Below, one piece after another: positions 60,936 through 64,000 of a DNA stretch of 64,000 bases; within the stretch, counting starts at the first letter, position 1, and each line of letters starts with the position of its first letter. The stretch comes from Calditrichia bacterium. Its GTDB lineage: Bacteria > Calditrichota > Calditrichia > RBG-13-44-9 > J075. The notes under the pieces are model-generated. The model saw only the letters and a program-made list of their open reading frames with translations, ran no database searches and was not told the origin of the DNA. The translations under genes were made by a program, and so were the position numbers. The stretch covers positions 237,866 to 301,865 of the forward strand of contig JBOEGD010000010.1 in the NCBI GenBank assembly GCA_050633245.1, in the 5' to 3' direction.

Positions 60936-62531
60936 TTATACAGCAATCTTTCCCTTACCATTGCTGTTCTTGCCCAAATATTCATCGGTCGAGCTGGTAG
61001 CAATTAAGTGGCGCACCACCGTTACCTTTATCTGTCCCGGATATTCGAGGCTTTCTTTGATCTTTCGGGCAATATCCGAGGCCAGCATATTTGCCTTGGC
61101 ATCATCAATTTTATCTGGCTGAATAAGCACTCGGATTTCCCGACCGGCTGAAATCGCATAGGTTTTGCTGACACCGTCAAACGAGTTAGCCAGCTCTTCC
61201 AGTTTGGAAATACGTTGTGCATATGCTTCAACAGACTCACGACGTGCCCCGGGACGTGCTCCGGAAATGCGATCTGCTGCGGTTACCAGAACAGAAACCG
61301 GCGAAATAGGATCTGCTTCCTCGTGATGCGCCAAAACTGAGTTGATGACAACCGGATGCTCATTATACTTCGTCGTAATATCAACCCCGATTGTTACGTG
61401 GCTACCTTCTGCATCATTGCTCACGGCCTTACCAATATCGTGAAAAAGACCCGCCCGCTTGGCAAGGGCAACATCTAACCCAAGTTCATTAGCCATGTTA
61501 CCAGCTAACCAGGCAACCTCTTTGGAGTGATGCAAAATATTCTGTCCATAACTGCTGCGATATTTCAGACGTCCAAGATAGTTACGCATTTCGGGATGCA
61601 CATTTTTCAATCCGAGTTCCTTCAGCGTTTCTTCTGCAGCTTGACGCACACTTTCATCTACAGCACGCTGCGCACGATCCGATTCACGCTGAATGGCTTT
61701 TGGATTAATCGTTTTCTTTTTTATCAAGGCTTCCATGGCGCGCCTGGCAACCTCGCGCTTTACAGGGTCGAAGCTGGACATTACCACGGTTTCCGGTGTA
61801 TCATCAACTATTACTTTAACACCGGTGATGTTTTCAAAGGACTTAATGTTGCGGCCTTCGCGACCAATAATAAGCCCCTTCATACTCTCGCTGGGCAGAG
61901 AAACCGTAACCAACGTGGCTTCCATCGTGTAGTCTGTTGCCATTCGTTCAATTGCGAAGGCAAGAATTTCTTTTGCTTCGAAACGCGCTTTCTCCACAGC
62001 CTCATTTTTAATATCCAAAACATGCTGAGCAATTTCAGAATTGGCGCGATCTTTTAATGATTCGACCAGATTCTTCTTCGCTTCTTCACGATTGATACCG
62101 CTAATCGCTTCCAGTTTAGCAAGCTGCTCGTCTACTATTGCATCGGCACGCTCTGCTTTTTTAGCAAGGTGAGTTTCGCGATCTCGCAGACGCTGCTGTT
62201 CTTTCTTCAACGACCGCTCTTCTTCTTTTAAATCGTTCTCAGTGCGCCGAAGCTGCTTCTCACGAACTCGCAGGCGATCTTCGCGCTTGGATGTCTCGCT
62301 CTCGCGGTTCTTGAATTGACGCTGCATCTGCTGGCGTTCCTGCTGATATTTTTCCTTTGCCTTCAAGTAGGCATCGCGTTCCATTTTTTCTGCGCTTATC
62401 TCTGCGCGCTTGATTATGCTTGTTGCTTCTTTCTGAGCATTTCGCTTCTTCTGCTTGTTCATCAAAAAGATCGACGCGGCGCCTGCAATAAGCCCAACGA
62501 TCAATCCGATGCCTATCTGCAATAAATCCAT
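60936..62531 (-). CDS. rny: Ribonuclease Y
   Basis: N-terminal TM, coiled coil, KG.IIGREGRNI KH, YRSSYGQN, GLFHDIGK HD, SGARPGAR, AGREIRV. Confidence 0.97.
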   Translation of the reverse strand: MDLLQIGIGLIVGLIAGAASIFLMNKQKKRNAQKEATSIIKRAEISAEKMERDAYLKAKEKYQQERQQMQRQFKNRESETSKREDRLRVREKQLRRTENDLKEEERSLKKEQQRLRDRETHLAKKAERADAIVDEQLAKLEAISGINREEAKKNLVESLKDRANSEIAQHVLDIKNEAVEKARFEAKEILAFAIERMATDYTMEATLVTVSLPSESMKGLIIGREGRNIKSFENITGVKVIVDDTPETVVMSSFDPVKREVARRAMEALIKKKTINPKAIQRESDRAQRAVDESVRQAAEETLKELGLKNVHPEMRNYLGRLKYRSSYGQNILHHSKEVAWLAGNMANELGLDVALAKRAGLFHDIGKAVSNDAEGSHVTIGVDITTKYNEHPVVINSVLAHHEEADPISPVSVLVTAADRISGARPGARRESVEAYAQRISKLEELANSFDGVSKTYAISAGREIRVLIQPDKIDDAKANMLASDIARKIKESLEYPGQIKVTVVRHLIATSSTDEYLGKNSNGKGKIAV

Positions 62532-62744
62532 TTTTCACCTCTATTGCTTAACGCATTCTTCTTAGGTTTTTTTTCGCTCGCTCTTAGCTTTTGGACAGGA
62601 ATCGACACTGCCTGCGAACGGCTCTGTTACGCCGGGGTTAACCATATAATTTTTTTCAAATTGAATCGTCATAGATTCCCGGCACAATACTAATATATAG
62701 GAAGGATTCTCGAGAGGAAACAAGTTTTTTGAAATACGTGAAAG

Positions 62745-62955
62745 ACAGAACTCAGAGCACGGAACACAGAGCACAGAAATGAAGGAGCGGATGAACACGA
62801 GACCTGGTGAGCGGGAGAGCGGATGAACATGAGACCTGGTGAGCGGGAGAGCGGGAGAGCGGGAGAAATAAAGATTGCCTTATTGCCTTATTGCCTCACT
62901 GCTTCACTGCCTCACTGCTTCACTGCCTCACTGCCTCACTGCCCTATTGCCTTAT
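62745..62955. repeat. Mixed tandem repeats (CACAGAG, GAGCGGGA, CTGCCTCA) and duplicated GAGCGGATGAACA.GAGACCTGGTGAGCGGGA unit
   Basis: Directly visible. Confidence 0.85.
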
Positions 62956-62989
62956 TCACTTTTAAAACACAGATGTCAATGGACAATGG

Positions 62990-63565
62990 TCATTTCCTCG
63001 ATACGTGTTCGCTAGCTGCGTCATAAAAGCGCCACGGTTTTTCAGTGCCTACCCGGATGCCAATTCGAGTCGTTTCAACAATAGTATCCGGGGTTTTGCC
63101 TGGGAGGATAATTAGAGGGCTTTGACAGAAATCCAGGCCATTCTGATTGCGGTTAATGTCAAACGCCTGACAGAGTTTACCCGGACCGCTGGTGAGGTCC
63201 CGCAAACGTTGCTTATTACGCCGCTCCTGCATCCGTTCAATACCTTCCAGTGGATCGACGGCACGAATGAGAACAGCGGCCGGAAAACCTGCCGCCTCAG
63301 AAACAACGTTCAAACAAAAATACATGCCGTAGATAAAATAGACATAGGCAATTCCCGCCTGGCCGAACATGACCTCATTGCGTGCAGTTTTACCAACGGC
63401 GGCATGACATGCGGGGTCATCCATTCCGATATAGGCTTCTGTCTCGACAATCCGGCCGGCTACACGATATCCATTTTGATCAAAAACAAGCCGACAGCCC
63501 AACAGATCACGTGCAACGTCCAGAGTTGGGCGCTCATAAAACGCACGCTTTAGCGGTTTATTCAT
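62990..63565 (-). CDS. mpg: DNA-3-methyladenine glycosylase (MPG/AAG)
   Basis: IVETEAY, DPACHA, YVYFIYGMY, AVLIRA, SGPGKLCQA, RIGI, PWRF; start at MNKPL. Confidence 0.95.
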   Translation of the reverse strand: MNKPLKRAFYERPTLDVARDLLGCRLVFDQNGYRVAGRIVETEAYIGMDDPACHAAVGKTARNEVMFGQAGIAYVYFIYGMYFCLNVVSEAAGFPAAVLIRAVDPLEGIERMQERRNKQRLRDLTSGPGKLCQAFDINRNQNGLDFCQSPLIILPGKTPDTIVETTRIGIRVGTEKPWRFYDAASEHVSRK

Positions 63566-63566
63566 C

Positions 63567-64000
63567 TCAGATATGCTCGGCAAGATAACGTTCGACTTGC
63601 TCCAGCGTCGAGTTAAGATCAATAGATTCCAGCGAAGTCGCATTGCGACAAATATCCATTAGCACCTTTTCCTGCAGTGCCCCCTGGTTTAAGGCCCGTG
63701 CATAGGGCACCCGATGAAAGGTCACCATGCCATAGGTGCTAATAAAGCGCCCCGGAAAGGCTTCTTCAAGACGCAGCTCCAGCTTCTTTTTCATCAGGAA
63801 TACCGGATCGGCTACACTGTCGCGCATTTCAATGAAGTTGTTCAACGCCAGATCGGCGATGGCATCGGCATCAGCCTTGCGAGCCTTCTCATAAGCGCTA
63901 AAGACCGTTTCCCAGTCATCGCCATGTTCATCCAGGCATTCGGCAAAAATAGCGCAATCTTCAAAAGCGCAGTTCATGCCCTGTCCGTAAAACGGAACGA
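63567..64000 (-). CDS. kmo: Kynurenine 3-monooxygenase, C-terminal part (gene begins beyond the right edge)
   Basis: VPFYGQGMNCAFED, DAIADLALNNFIEMRD, YGMVTFH. Confidence 0.88.
   Translation of the reverse strand, partial: VPFYGQGMNCAFEDCAIFAECLDEHGDDWETVFSAYEKARKADADAIADLALNNFIEMRDSVADPVFLMKKKLELRLEEAFPGRFISTYGMVTFHRVPYARALNQGALQEKVLMDICRNATSLESIDLNSTLEQVERYLAEHI

Noticed and set aside
62532-62760. 6S RNA or tRNA upstream of rny
   Set aside because: No long rod with central bubble and no cloverleaf recognisable
62823-63026. 67 aa ORF
   Set aside because: Derived from GAGCGGGA and CTGCCTCA repeats

Overview
Bacterial chromosomal window, gene-dense. The YPNPFNP/FlgD-Ig C-terminal sorting domains, cohesin/dockerin modules and intergenic REP and short tandem repeats suggest a Calditrichota/KSB1-like FCB-related organism (inference). 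Left to right: a divergent type II secretion/type IV pilus-like cluster with a sigma-54 activator and an XRE regulator (0-8.7 kb); a form II CoxSLM-type molybdo-hydroxylase cluster (moaD, moaE, coxG, S, L, M, then coxD, E) interrupted by a cohesin/dockerin gene pair (8.7-20.5 kb); a storage-lipid locus (WS/DGAT, dipeptidase, atypical HMG-CoA-reductase-like protein, SRPBCC protein, phasin; 20.8-28 kb); an eight-gene envelope redox operon (three small beta-barrels, a diheme hydrazine-synthase-alpha-like lipoprotein, TlpA, DUF4266, DUF3570, secreted propeller protein; 29-37.6 kb); a co-oriented array of unrelated accessory genes separated by REP/tandem-repeat/promoter modules, including dinJ-yafQ and a TerD-like gene behind an RNA hairpin (38-49 kb); then glgA, an orphan propeller sensor kinase, a second phasin-phaR-phasin locus with a lipase, a thioesterase, an NSS transporter, a Memo-like protein, rny, mpg and partial kmo. 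The two phasin loci, 32 kb apart, share a near-identical promoter/double-operator architecture. No rRNA, tRNA, CRISPR array, integrase or transposase was recognised. All family assignments are from motif recognition, not database searches.
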